64,000 bases of DNA, from the NCBI RefSeq assembly GCF_009914755.1, contig NC_060927.1; one strand, written 5' to 3'. A program made the translations under genes and the position numbers. The stretch comes from the human T2T-CHM13v2.0 reference genome, Homo sapiens. How positions within the stretch are numbered: position 1 is the stretch's first letter; each line of letters opens with the position of its first letter. The notes beneath the pieces were generated by a model. It worked only from the letters and a program-made list of their open reading frames with translations, did not search any database and was not told where the DNA came from. Positions 41,976-58,113 of the stretch are shown piece after piece.

Positions 41976-42941
41976 CTGGGGGGGGCAGGGGACAGCAGTT
42001 AGACCTGAAGGCCAAACGGAGGTGCTCAGCCCAGGCCCAGCCCGAGATAGAACCCAGGGCAGAGAACCAATATAGCGAAAGCCTGGAATGCTAGACATAG
42101 CACAAAAAGTTGAACCAGAATATGGAATGGGGTTCTCAAACTGTATCACTCAGGGAGCTGAGGCACAGGGTGACCCCCATGCTGCCACATTACATATTAG
42201 GTCCTGATCAGGATTTTACCCCACAGCAAGGCTCTTGGCTAAGATGTTTCTGAAAATCAGAGGTCTAAAGCAAAAACATAGCCCAGGGGCTCCCAGCTTG
42301 CAGCCAGGAGCGCATACCTCGTCTATCCCTGGTCTTGGCTCAGAGCCCAGGTTGAGATGCCAAACAGGAAGTCTCCAGTATCTGGAATCCTTAATACATC
42401 ACTCTGCATCTTGCTGATCTTTCACAAAACCAAGGTCATACCCCAGAACAGCCCTGTCCTTGTAAGGGCCCTCTGTAAGCCCTGGGAGCTGAGAATGGGT
42501 CAAAGGGACTTGCCCTCCCCAACCCTGCTGCTGGCCCTCATCCCCACAAGATGTCTCAGTAAGCTTCCAGACCCACCCTGGGAAGCAGTTCTGTGTTTGT
42601 GGCAAAGGATAAACATGAGAGAGGGGCCTAGCCCCTGTTCCAGGCTCTGTACTGCCATCCCCAACATTCCAGGGATCCAGTCTACTCTGCCTATCTGACA
42701 TGGGGAGTGTAGGGTAGCAGCTATCAAACCAGCTACCCCCAGCCCTCCCCTGGCCCTGGCACACGTAGTCCATCAGGCTACATAGGAGTCCCGGAGCTGA
42801 GATGAACTCATTCCACCATGGGTTTGAGAAGCTTCCCTGATGGGCACAGACAGGTGGGCACAGAGGTCAGCAAAGCCCTCCAGGTGGTATGAGGTGTGCC
42901 AGAGTGCAGGGAGAGGAGACAGGGGGATAGAAAGACATGAA

Positions 42942-42942
<1 letters not shown>

Positions 42943-42990
<48 letters not shown>

Positions 42991-43000
42991 AGAGAGAGAA
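42943..43000. repeat. Compound (CA)n(GA)n microsatellite in NCKIPSD intron 1
   Basis: About 22 CA units followed by GA units. Confidence 0.95.
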
Positions 43001-44159
43001 AGAAAGGAATGGGGAAAGAGAGGAGCTCAGAGAGGAACGGAGAGGCAGACAGAGGGAAACAACGCAGAAAGAAACAGAGCCAAAGCCAGAGTGTGGGGGG
43101 AGCCGGAGGAAGAAACAAAAACACACACATGTGGAGTCGGAACGACACAGGCAGAGAGGCACAGAGTCGCAGCAATCCAGACAGAAAGAGACACGCAGAA
43201 AGAAACAGACAGTGACAGAGAAGATGGTAGCCTCTCTGCCCTCCCCAAACACCTTGCCCCACTGGTCCTGGCTGGCGGCAGGGGACTCACAGGCCCTTGA
43301 CCTATGCCCAGTAGGGGAAGAGACAGGACTTTTCCTCAGAGGCCTTCAATGAGACCCCATTCCCAAAAAGGTTGGGTCTGACACACAGCAGCCATGGTGT
43401 CCACGGCCCCCACTCCCACCCCTGGCACTCCTAGATGGGATCACGCCAAGGGTCTATGAGGAAGCCCCTAGGCCCCCAGGGCCCATCCTTCCTGGTAAGA
43501 CCAGATGACACTTCCAAATTTATCCCGTTATTTCTGTCCTGAACTGGGCTGGGACAGGATGTTTCCTAAAGGATAAGGACTAGGACGGGGCGGGGGTGTC
43601 TGGCACAGGCCCGGCAGCTCTGGGCCCTTCTTCCCCCTGTGGTCAGAATAGACCAGCTGGAGATACGCACCCCAACCCCCGCAGCAGGGCTACTCTTAGG
43701 GAAACAGGAACTGGGACTGCAGCTTCCACTGGAAGGAAATGGGGCCACGATCAGACCAGGAGAAGCTATAAGAACTCACTTCATCACAATGTGAGCAGTC
43801 CCCACTCCAGGCTGGGAACAAGTAGGGATGGAACCCATTTTCAAAGCAAGAAAGTTTGAGAAGTCAGGGTTGGGGAGTGGAGCAGACAGTGTCAGCAGGG
43901 GCATGGGTCCTTGGTTCAAATAAGGTTGGTAGAGACTTAAGAAGAGCTTAGAGGGTGGCTGAACACAGGCTAGTGAAAGACACTGAAGTACCAAAGCTTG
44001 GGTGTTACATAGGGGATGGAGGTGTCTATGGCTCTAGGGTCCAAGTTGGGGGGTTGAGGACCTGGAGAATGGCTAGGGAAACAGGTGGTGTCCAAGGTGG
44101 TCCAGGTCTCAGTGGTGGCTCCAACGGGGGGCAAGGCGCGGGGTTGGGGGAAGAAGGAA

Positions 44160-44192
44160 GGGAGGGAGGGAGGGAGGGAGGGAGGGAGGGAG
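44160..44192. repeat. (GGGA)n tetranucleotide repeat, G4-capable
   Basis: 8 GGGA units. Confidence 0.9.
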
Positions 44193-44479
44193 GTTGGTTG
44201 TGGGGTCCTAGGAATCCAGAGAAGGGGCATATTAAGGATCTGGGGTCTCAGGGATTTGAATAATTGGCCAGGATTCGGTGGGGCTCAGGGTCGCCATTCA
44301 GATGGCGGACTCGATACTGAAGGGTCTGGGGTCCTGAGGAGTCTCAGTCCCAGAGTTAGGCTTTTGGTCGATCGGGAGTTGGTCTGTCAAGGGCCTGGTC
44401 TTTTGTGGGTGATGCTGACACTTGGGGTCTCAGTCCCCGTGGGTCCGGGGGTCTCAGGGTCAGGTTCTCAAACTCCCTG

Positions 44480-45300
44480 TCTGATAGAGGTCCTGGCCTC
44501 GGGTCCCGGAGAGGGTGGGGTCCCTGGGTCGGTTCCGCGGGGCTGTGAAGGGGTCCTGCCCCAGGGGCGCGGAGGCCGGGCGGGAAGGGGCGCACTCACC
44601 TGCAGGCGGCGCAGGTAGGCTGGCGGCACGTAGCCCGTCTCACCACTGCGCGCCCGCGCGGCCAGCCACCAGTGCGCGCTGCTTCGCTCTAGCACCAGGA
44701 AGGTCTCGCCCGCGGCGAACGCCAGCGCGTTGGGCTCCGCCGAGCGGAACGCGTACAGCGCGCGGTACATGAGGCCGGGCAGGGCAGGTGCAGGGAAGGT
44801 GGCAAGGGCTGCGGCGCCACAACGCCAGGCCCGGAGCGCCGAGCCGCGCCGCGGTTGTCCCGCCCCGTGACACACTACGCAGGCGCGCGCGCGCCCGCCC
44901 GCCGAAGCCCCGCCCCGGGCTGTATCGTTCCACGCATCGGAGAGCAGCGCCCCCGCGCGGCCCCAAGAGGTGCGGCGGGGCTGGGGTCGACAGCTCGCTG
45001 TCTCCTCTGGTCCCTCCCGGCTCCAGGCCCCTCATCCCCGGACACCGCACCCTCACTCCTCACCCCGGCCTCAGTTTCACCCGTCCAGCCCTCTGCTCCC
45101 TTTCCCCGCTTAAGTCCGAGCGCTGCGTCCCGTCCTACCTCCCGGTGAAAGCGCGCTCCGCTCGTAGCGGGTGCGCCCCTACCGCCCTGGGGCAGTGGGT
45201 CCCATCTACTAATTGCAAGGACGGCGACCTCGAAAGGATGATCTTGCTGATCCGACACTTGGAAGCCCCCGCGGGGCCCGGCTCTCGGTGTGTCTAGGCC
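44480..45300 (-). promoter_or_regulatory. NCKIPSD CpG-island promoter
   Basis: CpG dense; NRF1-like GCGCCTGCGT at ~44877-44886; GC box ~44908. Confidence 0.8.
44600..44770 (-). CDS. NCKIPSD: NCKIPSD exon 1 (SH3 domain)
   Basis: MYRALYAF...HWWLA...GYVPPAYL; donor CAG|GTGAGT; the 13 exons sum to 2169 nt = 722 aa + stop. Confidence 0.97.
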
Positions 45301-45884
45301 TCACCACCTGTCTTCACCGAGTGCCGGTGGTGGCCAGTGGGGAGCAAGTGTGGGGAGAAGGGGGCCACAAAAGCAGAAACCAGGCGGGGCTATTCCCTGT
45401 CTAAAGCCCTCCCATCTTTGCTCCCCACCCCTACTCCTCCTCTCTCTTCAGCTATGGCTGGTTTTCTCTATATTGGGCCTTTGCATATTCTGTTCCCTCT
45501 ACCTGGGACAATTTTCCCTTCCCTCTCCTATAGTATTTGTCCGTCAAGCTCCCACCCCCATCAATCGCTATCATCTTGCTGTGTTTTATTGTCTTTATAG
45601 GACTTAAGATTTGCGATGCCCCTTTCTGAGAGCATAGAGGAGGGCTGAAAGAGGGAGTGGGGTACCACGGTGGCCTTAAGAGCCTATTTGATCCACCCAG
45701 CTTTCCAGTCAGCCCAGATCTCCAGATATATGAAATCCGTGTAATAAGAGTGCCTGGAAGACCCAGGGAAGAGGCCCTCAGGGTCCTGGAGAGACTGTGG
45801 CTGAGAATGGTCCAGCTACGCTCCACAGGAAGCCCGAGCCCAGGAAGCAGGAGGCGTGTACAGGCCAGTGTGTGCAAGTTTTCT

Positions 45885-46031
45885 ATTTTTATCTGTATTT
45901 ATTTTTTGAGACAGGGTCTTGCTCTGTCGTCCAGGCTGGAGTGCAGTGGGATGATCAAGCTCATTGCAGCCTTGATCTTCCAGGCTCAAGCCTACTGTCT
46001 CTGGGACTACAGGCATGCACCACCACACTCA

Positions 46032-46075
<44 letters not shown>

Positions 46076-46180
46076 TAGAGACAAGGTCTTGCTATGTTGC
46101 TCTGGCTAGTCTCAAATTCCCGGACTCAAGCAGTCCTCCCACCTTGGCCTTCCAGTGTTGGGATTATGGGTGTCTGTCTG
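45885..46180 (-). mobile_element. AluJ-like with expanded internal poly(T)
   Basis: Alu consensus. Confidence 0.85.
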
Positions 46181-47006
46181 ACCCAGTTGCCTATTTTTAG
46201 GCCTAAAGTACATAGGCCTAGTGTGAGGTTCAGGTGAGGGGTAGAACTGCTAGAAACTGACATCCAGACCCTGCCTTCTCTGCACCAGGTCTGGCTCTTC
46301 AGTTCAAGACCTCTCTTGGCCCTTCCTCCTCCCAGAAGCCCTCCTGGGGCAGGGCAGAATCTTGGGGTCTGTGCTGTCTGGGACTGCCTGAAGAATAAGA
46401 CTGGTGAAATTGCAATGGGGACTAGGGCTGGGCAGGAGTGGTGACAGGTGGTGTGGCCAAGAGGACCACCCTACCTGCCCAAACACGCCTTTTTATGGTA
46501 CCCTCCATCACCTGGGCCCCTTTACAACACAGTCCATGGCTGCCAATGGACCAGACCCGAGGCTAGAGACCCTAGTATTGCTTCCAGGACATCTATCACA
46601 ATAGCCAGCCAATTAGCTGCTGCCAGTGGCATAGGAGGGATTAAAAGCTGGACCCAAGGTTTGGATCACCTGCTATCTAATTGGCTTAAGCTGCATACGG
46701 CCCATGAGAAGACCTGTGTCAAGCGTCATGTGGTTTTTGGATAGAGGTGCTGAGACACTTAGCCAGCACAGACGCCAGAAGGTATGTAACTTGGGGATCC
46801 TTTCTGGGTAACCTTCAGGATGCTGGGTTGGAGACTGTACACCATGCCAAGAGGTTGTGCTGACTTTAGGATCCATGGAGTGGGGGTGGCAGCCAGGAGA
46901 ATACTGAGCCAGGGAGGTGGTCACAGCATGTGGTGAGGCTTGGGAGGGGGACTGCCTGCTCTTGGAAAGAATGACAGGAGCACTATATACAATAAACAAA
47001 AAGATT

Positions 47007-47012
47007 TGTATT
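47007..47012 (-). terminator. IP6K2: Probable IP6K2 variant poly(A) signal AATACA
   Basis: No minus-strand AATAAA seen near the stop; AATACA followed by a U/GU-rich tract. Confidence 0.45.
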
Positions 47013-47257
47013 AGAACATATACACTCAGGGAAGAAAGAGGTATCATCATCAAATGTGGAATGTTGAAGAAATAGTTAAAATAAATAAAGACTCCAAGCA
47101 CAGCTGGGACTGGCTCAGGCTGGGGCTCACAGAGGCCACTGCACATCAGCTCCAGGCTGCAGGAGCCACCACCTGGCCATACTGGCTTCCTCCCTGACGC
47201 AGCACAGCTGTGCCTGGGACACAGAGTCGCTCTCAAGTACTGGAGCAGCTAGCAAGC

Positions 47258-47758
47258 TCACTCCCCACTCTCCTCACTTATCTCTGTGACAATGTCTATC
47301 AGGCTCTGGAGCCCGAAGATATAGCCAGCATCCTGGCCCTCATGCACCACGGTGTCCTCGCCATACAGCCTGCAGGTGGTGTGTGCAAAGTCGATCATGC
47401 GCACATCTACAGAGCTGGCGCCGATGGGTTTGTAGGCATAGGCACCAGCAGACTCATCAGCTGATTCCTCTGACAGGTCCTCCAAATCCTCAGCATCTGA
47501 GTCCAGGACCACTTCGGGCCGCTCCTTGCCATCATAAATGACCAGCAGGGAGCTTGAGTAGAAGCGGTAGGACTCCTGTCGCTCCAACACTGCCTTGAGC
47601 TCAGTCAGCTTCTTGAGCACAGGGCCCAGGAGTTCACGGCGCAGGTACCGCCCATTGTGGAAGAACTGGAAAAGTGCCTCCTTGAAGCCCTGCACCGATA
47701 GCTTCCGTCCATGGTACTTGTTCATGAACATGAGCTGCCCACTGCCTGCTTGGTACAC
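47258..47758 (-). CDS. IP6K2: IP6K2 exon 6 (SSLL and IDF motifs, stop)
   Basis: CAG|GTGTAC; FYSSSLLVIYDG, VRMIDFAH; TGA. Confidence 0.97.
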   Translation of the reverse strand: MYQAGSGQLMFMNKYHGRKLSVQGFKEALFQFFHNGRYLRRELLGPVLKKLTELKAVLERQESYRFYSSSLLVIYDGKERPEVVLDSDAEDLEDLSEESADESAGAYAYKPIGASSVDVRMIDFAHTTCRLYGEDTVVHEGQDAGYIFGLQSLIDIVTEISEESGE

Positions 47759-48072
47759 CTGTAGGAGAGAGACCAGCAAGTCAGGGGCTGAGGGCCATCT
47801 CAAACCCTGGACCCCGGGCGGGGGTGGGGTGGTGTGGTGGTGGCGGCATGTGACAGCCCAGATCAGATAAAGTACACCAGTTGCACATGAGCCACTGTCC
47901 ACTATGCTCTCTGATCAGCCCCCACCTGGGATGCAGCCATCCAACCTGGGTTTGGTCATTGTGCCCCAGCACCCCACCTCAACATCTGGGTCACTGGAGA
48001 GGACCAAACCCTTTTGCCTTCCTCCCTACTACTATCCACAGATTCTGGACTCAGCCAACCAGACCAATCTGA

Positions 48073-48435
<363 letters not shown>

Positions 48436-48522
48436 CTGGAATCTTTTGAGCAAACAGGACTATACCAGGGTGGGGAAGTGACAGCCACTGGATGCCCTAG
48501 CCAGCCCTAGCATCCCCCTCAC

Positions 48523-48698
48523 CTGCATGCCACACACACGCACACCAATGACTGCAGATGTGCTCTGCTGACATTTTCGGATCTGGTTGGCTGCCTTCTC
48601 CTCTGAAGCATCATCACCATGTTGTCGTGTGCCCATCTTGAGGTCAAGGACACAAGGCACCTCATAGCGGGAAGTCAGGTTTTCCAGTAAGATAAATT
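48523..48698 (-). CDS. IP6K2: IP6K2 exon 5 (PxxxDxKxG inositol-kinase motif)
   Basis: CTCAG|AATTT...CAG|GTGAG; PCVLDLKMG. Confidence 0.97.
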
Positions 48699-50291
<1,593 letters not shown>

Positions 50292-50467
50292 TGTACTGGT
50301 TCCGATGCTTTGCATTCTCCTTCATTCTCTGTAACTGTTGCTGGTGACATTTCATGCTCCAAGGGTTATAGTGTTTAAGCTGGGAACTTATATTCCCCTT
50401 CTTCTCTACAGTGTAGTACAAGACTTCAGATTTCTTTAGCCACTCAAATTCTTCTTCTAACTTATGG
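50292..50467 (-). CDS. IP6K2: IP6K2 exon 4
   Basis: ATAG|CCATAAG...TACA|GTATCC; YNPWSMKCHQQQL. Confidence 0.95.
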
Positions 50468-50508
50468 CTATAAAGAGATAAGGACCAATAAATCAGTATG
50501 TCTTATCA

Positions 50509-51217
<709 letters not shown>

Positions 51218-51938
51218 TTACCACATGTATACCTCAAGAAAGTTGATTTTAGAAAATAAAATTAAGGGACCAGTCAACCACTATTTTCTACAGCAAAAAG
51301 AACCTAAGATCCAAGATCAGCCCCTGCTCCCCAGCCCTGTATGTGGAGAGCCTTCACTGCCCTCTTCTAGGCAGTGGTACCACCTAGCCTCCAGTACAAC
51401 CAGGTTCCCCTGACTCCAAAAGCTGGCAACTGGGAAAATAGGAACTGAAATTCCATGGGACTACGTCAACCTACTTAGCTACATTACATGTACTTTACTT
51501 TATATATACTATTTATATTTTCACAAGCTTTGCCAAGGTGCAAGGGTAGGATGGCCCTGCTTAGGGGGATTGCTGAGTTTCAGGGATGCCCAACTGCTCA
51601 TTTCATCCCCCACCACTGGTGAACAACCTGAGGTAAAAGGATGGCTCCTCTCTTAGTCACTGCTACACCTCCAGAACACAGCCTAGCACAGAGCAGTCAT
51701 AGAAGAGTGAGTGAATCTCTTACAGCTGCCAGTGCAGCTGTTTGCCCAAACTGGTATGATCTAACCAGAGTCAATTAAACAAAGAGAGGCTGAGTATGCC
51801 ATGTGGGAATTAGCCACTGAATGACAAGGTACCTACTAAATCCACTTCAGTCCTTAGCTCCAGGGAACTGGGCTGTAACCAAAACCCCCAACACTTCCCC
51901 TCCCACATAGCCCAGAGTTGCCCTCTGTCTACACTCAC

Positions 51939-52164
51939 CTCTTCATTTTCTCCTCTTTACGGTGCTGACGCACCCAGTCCTTAGGGGTCTTTTCTGTTTC
52001 TAAGACATGATGTTTTTTGTTTGTTGTCCACCTTAGGAGCTTACTTTTTGGTTCACAGTCTGAATTATCTACAATGTCCACAATTCCATGGTCCCCTTTC
52101 AATGGATATGCTATTAGACACAAGTTCCTGTCTTCATCTTCTTCAAAGCGCACAGATACCACAC
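51939..52164 (-). CDS. IP6K2: IP6K2 exon 3
   Basis: CCAG|GTGTG...AAGAG|GTGAG; GVVSVRFEEDEDRNLCLIAYP. Confidence 0.96.
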
Positions 52165-53133
52165 CTGGAAGGGGGTGAGGAGCAGAAAGAACTTTTAATT
52201 TAGCAGGAAGAAGCGTTGTAAGTAACATGATTGTAACATTTGTTTTTTTCTTACCCAGTTCCTTAGTCTCTATGTTGCCAGAGGCCCCAAACTCATCTGC
52301 AAACTTAACAAATATCAAAACAGCTAGAAAAGATGACACCATACAAGACAAGCAATTAGGGAGCAAACATGGCTGAGAGTCTTCCTCTCTGATGTACTCA
52401 ACGAGGCAAGAGCCAAAGAATTACAAGACACATTTTTCCATCATTGAAAATGTTTATTAATTTTTATGTAATTCTTCTAATCCTAAAAGACTGAAAACAT
52501 TGCTCTTTATAGTTTGCGGGAATTTTTAATGCCCTAAACAGAAACTCCAACAGCCTCATGGCTTGCTTTAAAGCAGAGCCTGAATACAGGGGGAACACAG
52601 GTTTGCCTGAGGGTTAAGAAGCATCCAAGAGTAAGGGAAGACTGGGTAAGCAAAGCAAAATAAAGGGGCAAACAAAACAAACCACACAGCACAAGACACC
52701 CTAGCAAAGGCTTCCCACAGTGCCCCCACACGGGTAGGCACCCAGGCCTTTTGTTCTTATAAAATATGTTTTTATTGGTCTTTGCAGTCTCACGTCACAA
52801 AATAACAAAATGAACACAAGGCAGATAGAGCTGGTTGGGGAGCACAGACATGTGGTGGCCTTGAAAGCAGCTTTTCCCCTTAAGTCTCTAGAACCTGCCA
52901 TGAGTAATTAAGACAGTCTTTGAGGATGGGGCTGTCAGGTGGGGGCGTTTCAGCAGGTGCCGACGAGCGCCTTACAAACGACTGGCTGAACACCTTTCCT
53001 CCCAGGCCTCTCTGCCCCAGCATCACTCAATCTGCTCAGTCCTCGACTGCTGCAGGGGAATGCGTGCTCAGAGAGAGATGACACTTCTGAGGTGGCCCCC
53101 AGCTCTGGGTGCAGAGGAGCCGGGGTGGGGTAT

Positions 53134-53225
53134 TCAGGCCACACTTCCCTGTGGCCACAGGGGAAAGGACCAGGGGAAAAAATGGGGCAGGGATGGCCAG
53201 CTAACAAGGGGCCTTTGGCTTTGTC
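53134..53225 (-). CDS. IP6K2: IP6K2 alternative terminal exon (GQSQRPLVSWPSLPHFFPWSFPLWPQGSVA*; 97-aa product)
   Basis: TGTTTTTTTCCAG|GACAAAG, phase 1; downstream AATAAA at 52771-52776 and 52453-52458; matches my recall of a short isoform. Confidence 0.7.
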
Positions 53226-53798
53226 CTGGAAAAAAACAACAGAGAAGGACCAAGTGAGGGCCCCCAACTCCCCCATCCCCACCGCAATACACATGCATAT
53301 TCAGAGTACAGAGAAAGGCACCCAGTACATTCTGTCCTTAAAGACAATGTTTCAACAGTCCCAAAAGAACCTAAGTTGTTCTAGAGTCCTTTATGTAACC
53401 AGGTAATGCACATTTAAAATTAATTTCTTTAATGGATTCTTACTTGATTTACAAAAGACTCCCCCACTCCCCAACAAAGACCCCACCATGCTGGTGGCTG
53501 CTGATGTCCCCTATAAAATACATTATAAAAAGAAATAAAAAATTATCATATGTGAATCGAAGGGTTGCTTTCATATAGCAATTTTGGGGACATTCTGTAA
53601 CAGCAAAGGGCTTGGGCTAATCAGCACAGGCCTCCCACTCCTGCATTCCATCTGACTCAACGCTGCTCCCCGGCCTACCTAATTACCCGGGCTTCTGGTT
53701 TCCTGGAGGACAAAAAGCAGGCGGCAAGTATTCTGGGTAAAATCCTCCCAAAGTCTTCCCCCACCGTCCCCCCAGTGGGGGACTATGGGTTACTGTGA

Positions 53799-53809
53799 TC
53801 AAGAGACAC
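53799..53809 (-). CDS. IP6K2: IP6K2 alternative acceptor giving ...YKGVS* (70 aa)
   Basis: GTTTTATGTTCAG|GTGTCTCTTGA. Confidence 0.55.
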
Positions 53810-54074
53810 CTGAACATAAAACACAACTACACTTCTACCAAAATCAAACTCAAATCCACACAACAAAACAGAATTGAGCAATCTTACCAGGGATTGAAAA
53901 CTGAGGGTGTGAGATGCTGGGCTGAGGGCCAGGAGGAGGAGAAGGAGGAGAGGGAGGGAAAGCACAGAGTGGGAGGGAGTGAGGGCTCCAGGGATGGCTG
54001 CCAGGGCCTTCCATGGCCACGATCTCTCACATCTCCTCGCCAGTGTGGCAACCCCTCCAGCAGCTGGGACTTAC

Positions 54075-54276
54075 CTTTGTACTGGGGAGTGAATTTGCGC
54101 ATCTCAGCAGGGAGGGTCTCGTAGAACTGATGTTCCCTTGGGACCAGGGGCTTGCACAGGGTTGTCTCATTGAAGCGGAGCACGCATGAGTGCCCCCCGA
54201 CCTGGTGGACAAAGGGCTCCAGAAGGACGCCTTTGGCGCGGGGCTCCACATCCATGGCCCTGAAGGCTGGGCTCAT
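54075..54276 (-). CDS. IP6K2: IP6K2 exon 2 coding part (exon starts at 54406 or 54403, NAGNAG; 130-nt leader)
   Basis: [29 protein letters not shown]; donor AAAG|GTAAGT; exons 2-6 sum to 1281 nt = 426 aa + stop. Confidence 0.97.
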
Positions 54277-54804
54277 CCTCCGGGCGCAGATGGCGGGGAG
54301 ATGGGGGAGGCAGCGGAGTCCAGCGGCCAGTACGTCTTCTGTCTGTTGTTTGTCCGTGTGTCCCTCTCGTCTTGGCTCCTTGGCTTGTTCTGGCCAGGAT
54401 GCTCTGCTGGAAGCAAACAAAATGATGACATGGGGGTTCGAAGTAGCGTGGGAAGTGCCTTAGAGCTGCTCACCCTGCTCCTTCAGCAGAAAGACAAAGA
54501 CAAACAGTCTGAGTTCTTGCGGGACTCCGCCCATGCCACCCACCTTGGCCCCCGCCTTCTCCGGCAGAAAAACAAAAACACTATGAGCTCATGGGGCGGG
54601 GTTAGATGCAGACAGGCAGGGAATGGGTTCAGGGGCCCTAAAAAGGCAGAGGTCCCACTACGGTGTTAGAAAGCCACTGCCGCAGGCAAAACTGATGCCA
54701 TGGTGAGGTGAAATCACAATTTCAAGCCTAATATTTGGATTAAATCTTACCATTTTCTAATAAGAGTGTCAAGCTTTAAGTGGATGATGCCCAGGTCTCC
54801 CATT

Positions 54805-55167
54805 AATTTTATATATTATATATAATATATATTATATATATAAAATAAATATATATATATAATTTTTTAATATATATAATTTTTTTTTGAGATGGAGTCT
54901 CACTCTATCGCCAGGCGGGAGTGCAGTGGCACAATCTCGACTCACTGCAACCTCCGCCTCTCAGGGTTCAAGCCATTTTCCTGCCTCAGCCTCCCGAGTA
55001 GCTGGGATTACAGGTGCACACCACCACACCCAGCTAATTTTTGTATTTTTAGTAGAGACGGGGTTTCACCACGTTGGCTGGCATGGTCTTGATCTCTTGA
55101 CCTCATGATCTGCCCATTCGGTCTCCCAAAGTGCTGGGATTACAGGTGTGAGCGACCGCACCCAGCC
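54805..55167 (-). mobile_element. AluS with AT-rich tail and TSD CCCATTAATT
   Basis: Alu consensus; flanking repeat. Confidence 0.88.
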
Positions 55168-55891
55168 CCATTAATTATATTTTTATAAAATGCATTTAAA
55201 TACAGGGAAAACCTGCTTACTCATTATCTAGTAAGACTCATTATTTACTTGTCCAGGTTGTCTACCCACACTGCTCCTGCCCAAGGCCAAAGACGAGCCC
55301 CATTAACCTTGTTAGCAATGGAGCTTGGGTCTAGCTTTAATGATTAACATCTGTATCTAAAAACAACTGATCAAGGCTGGTTAACTCCATTTAAAAAGAT
55401 ACACAGTGTTCTAGGTCACTATTTTTATCAGTTCTATCCTGATCACCAAAAGCTGGTACACACCTTTAAACCAAAGTTATGCTCTTGGGGCAATCAGAGC
55501 TCGCATCCACTCACTCAGCCATGCACTGGATGCCGCATCAACGAAGCACATTTCTGGATGCACCCTGTTAACCAGTTCAGGCCATCTCACACTCATTATC
55601 TGTTTTGTCTAATTTACAAATTAGACAGTCTCTACTAGCATTACTTACAGGGCTTGAGTTACATTTCAGTATCTGTACAGGGATTTTACTGGGAACTCCT
55701 TCAGTTCCCATGACTCTAACTGAGAGAGGAGTGAGGATGGATCTGGAAGAGATGTGCCCTCTGTCCTCTAATGTGGGGAAAGCACCTATTATGTATCAGG
55801 CTCATGACAGGAATTTCTTATGTCATTTGGTCCTGACACTTTCTTTGAGGTAGACACTACTATCCCTGTTGCAAACAATGAAGGTGATTAG

Positions 55892-56830
<939 letters not shown>

Positions 56831-57349
56831 ATATTTTCTATTTATAAAGCAGCCTCTTTTAAAGAGTTTAAACTGGTGTTAATCTCTTCCTTTTAGAGAG
56901 TACCCGACTATGGGCCTCAACTGAACTCAATGGCTAGGAATCAGTAAGTTTTCCCATATGCAAAGAGCAGAGAATCTAAACCTAAGGTTCTGATTACTTG
57001 GCACTACCTTCTCATCACCACAAAAGCCTCCAGGAAGGCACGTATTGAGAAGAGTCCAGAAACTCAACACAGGCAATGGAACTGTAAATATGAGTACATT
57101 CTAACCATTCTAGGCTCTATCCAGAAGATGGAGCTCTGAGAAGTCTGGCCACACAAGCCTTTTCTCTAGGTCTATGCAGACTGGTTGACACTAGTCTACT
57201 GAAAAGACCTTTTGAATAAGAGTAATACCAAAAGAAGCTACTGATTCATGGTCCGCCGACCAGTACTAAAGCACATGTCAGGTACCATAATTATGAATTG
57301 TTAAAGCACAAGATGCTCCTCATGGGCCAGGCTTTAGAAACACAATCCA

Positions 57350-57925
<576 letters not shown>

Positions 57926-58113
57926 TGCTATCACAGCAATGCTAACAACAATGCAAATCCCTTATCAACTCTGCTCAGGATTCCTTAAATGTACTCAGTT
58001 ACGTAGAAAAATAACTCTGTGTAGGTATGTCTTACCCATCCCCACCTCCAACGAAAATAAACAAAAACAGTCCTTCATGGCGTCTCTAGAGTGTGGCTCA
58101 AGAGCATAGCTGG

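Noticed and set aside
43291-43377. Possible poison cassette exon in NCKIPSD intron 1 (TGTCAG|...|GTGAGT)
   Set aside because: Weak acceptor; splice-site look-alikes alone are insufficient
46991-47088. AATAAA hexamers on the + strand near the IP6K2 3' end
   Set aside because: Wrong strand for IP6K2; they are the complement of U-rich UTR elements and there is no evidence of an antisense gene
54474-54560. Possible extra IP6K2 5' UTR exon (donors at 54473 and 54543)
   Set aside because: Would leave a 67-nt intron or need an unclear acceptor; cannot be supported without transcripts
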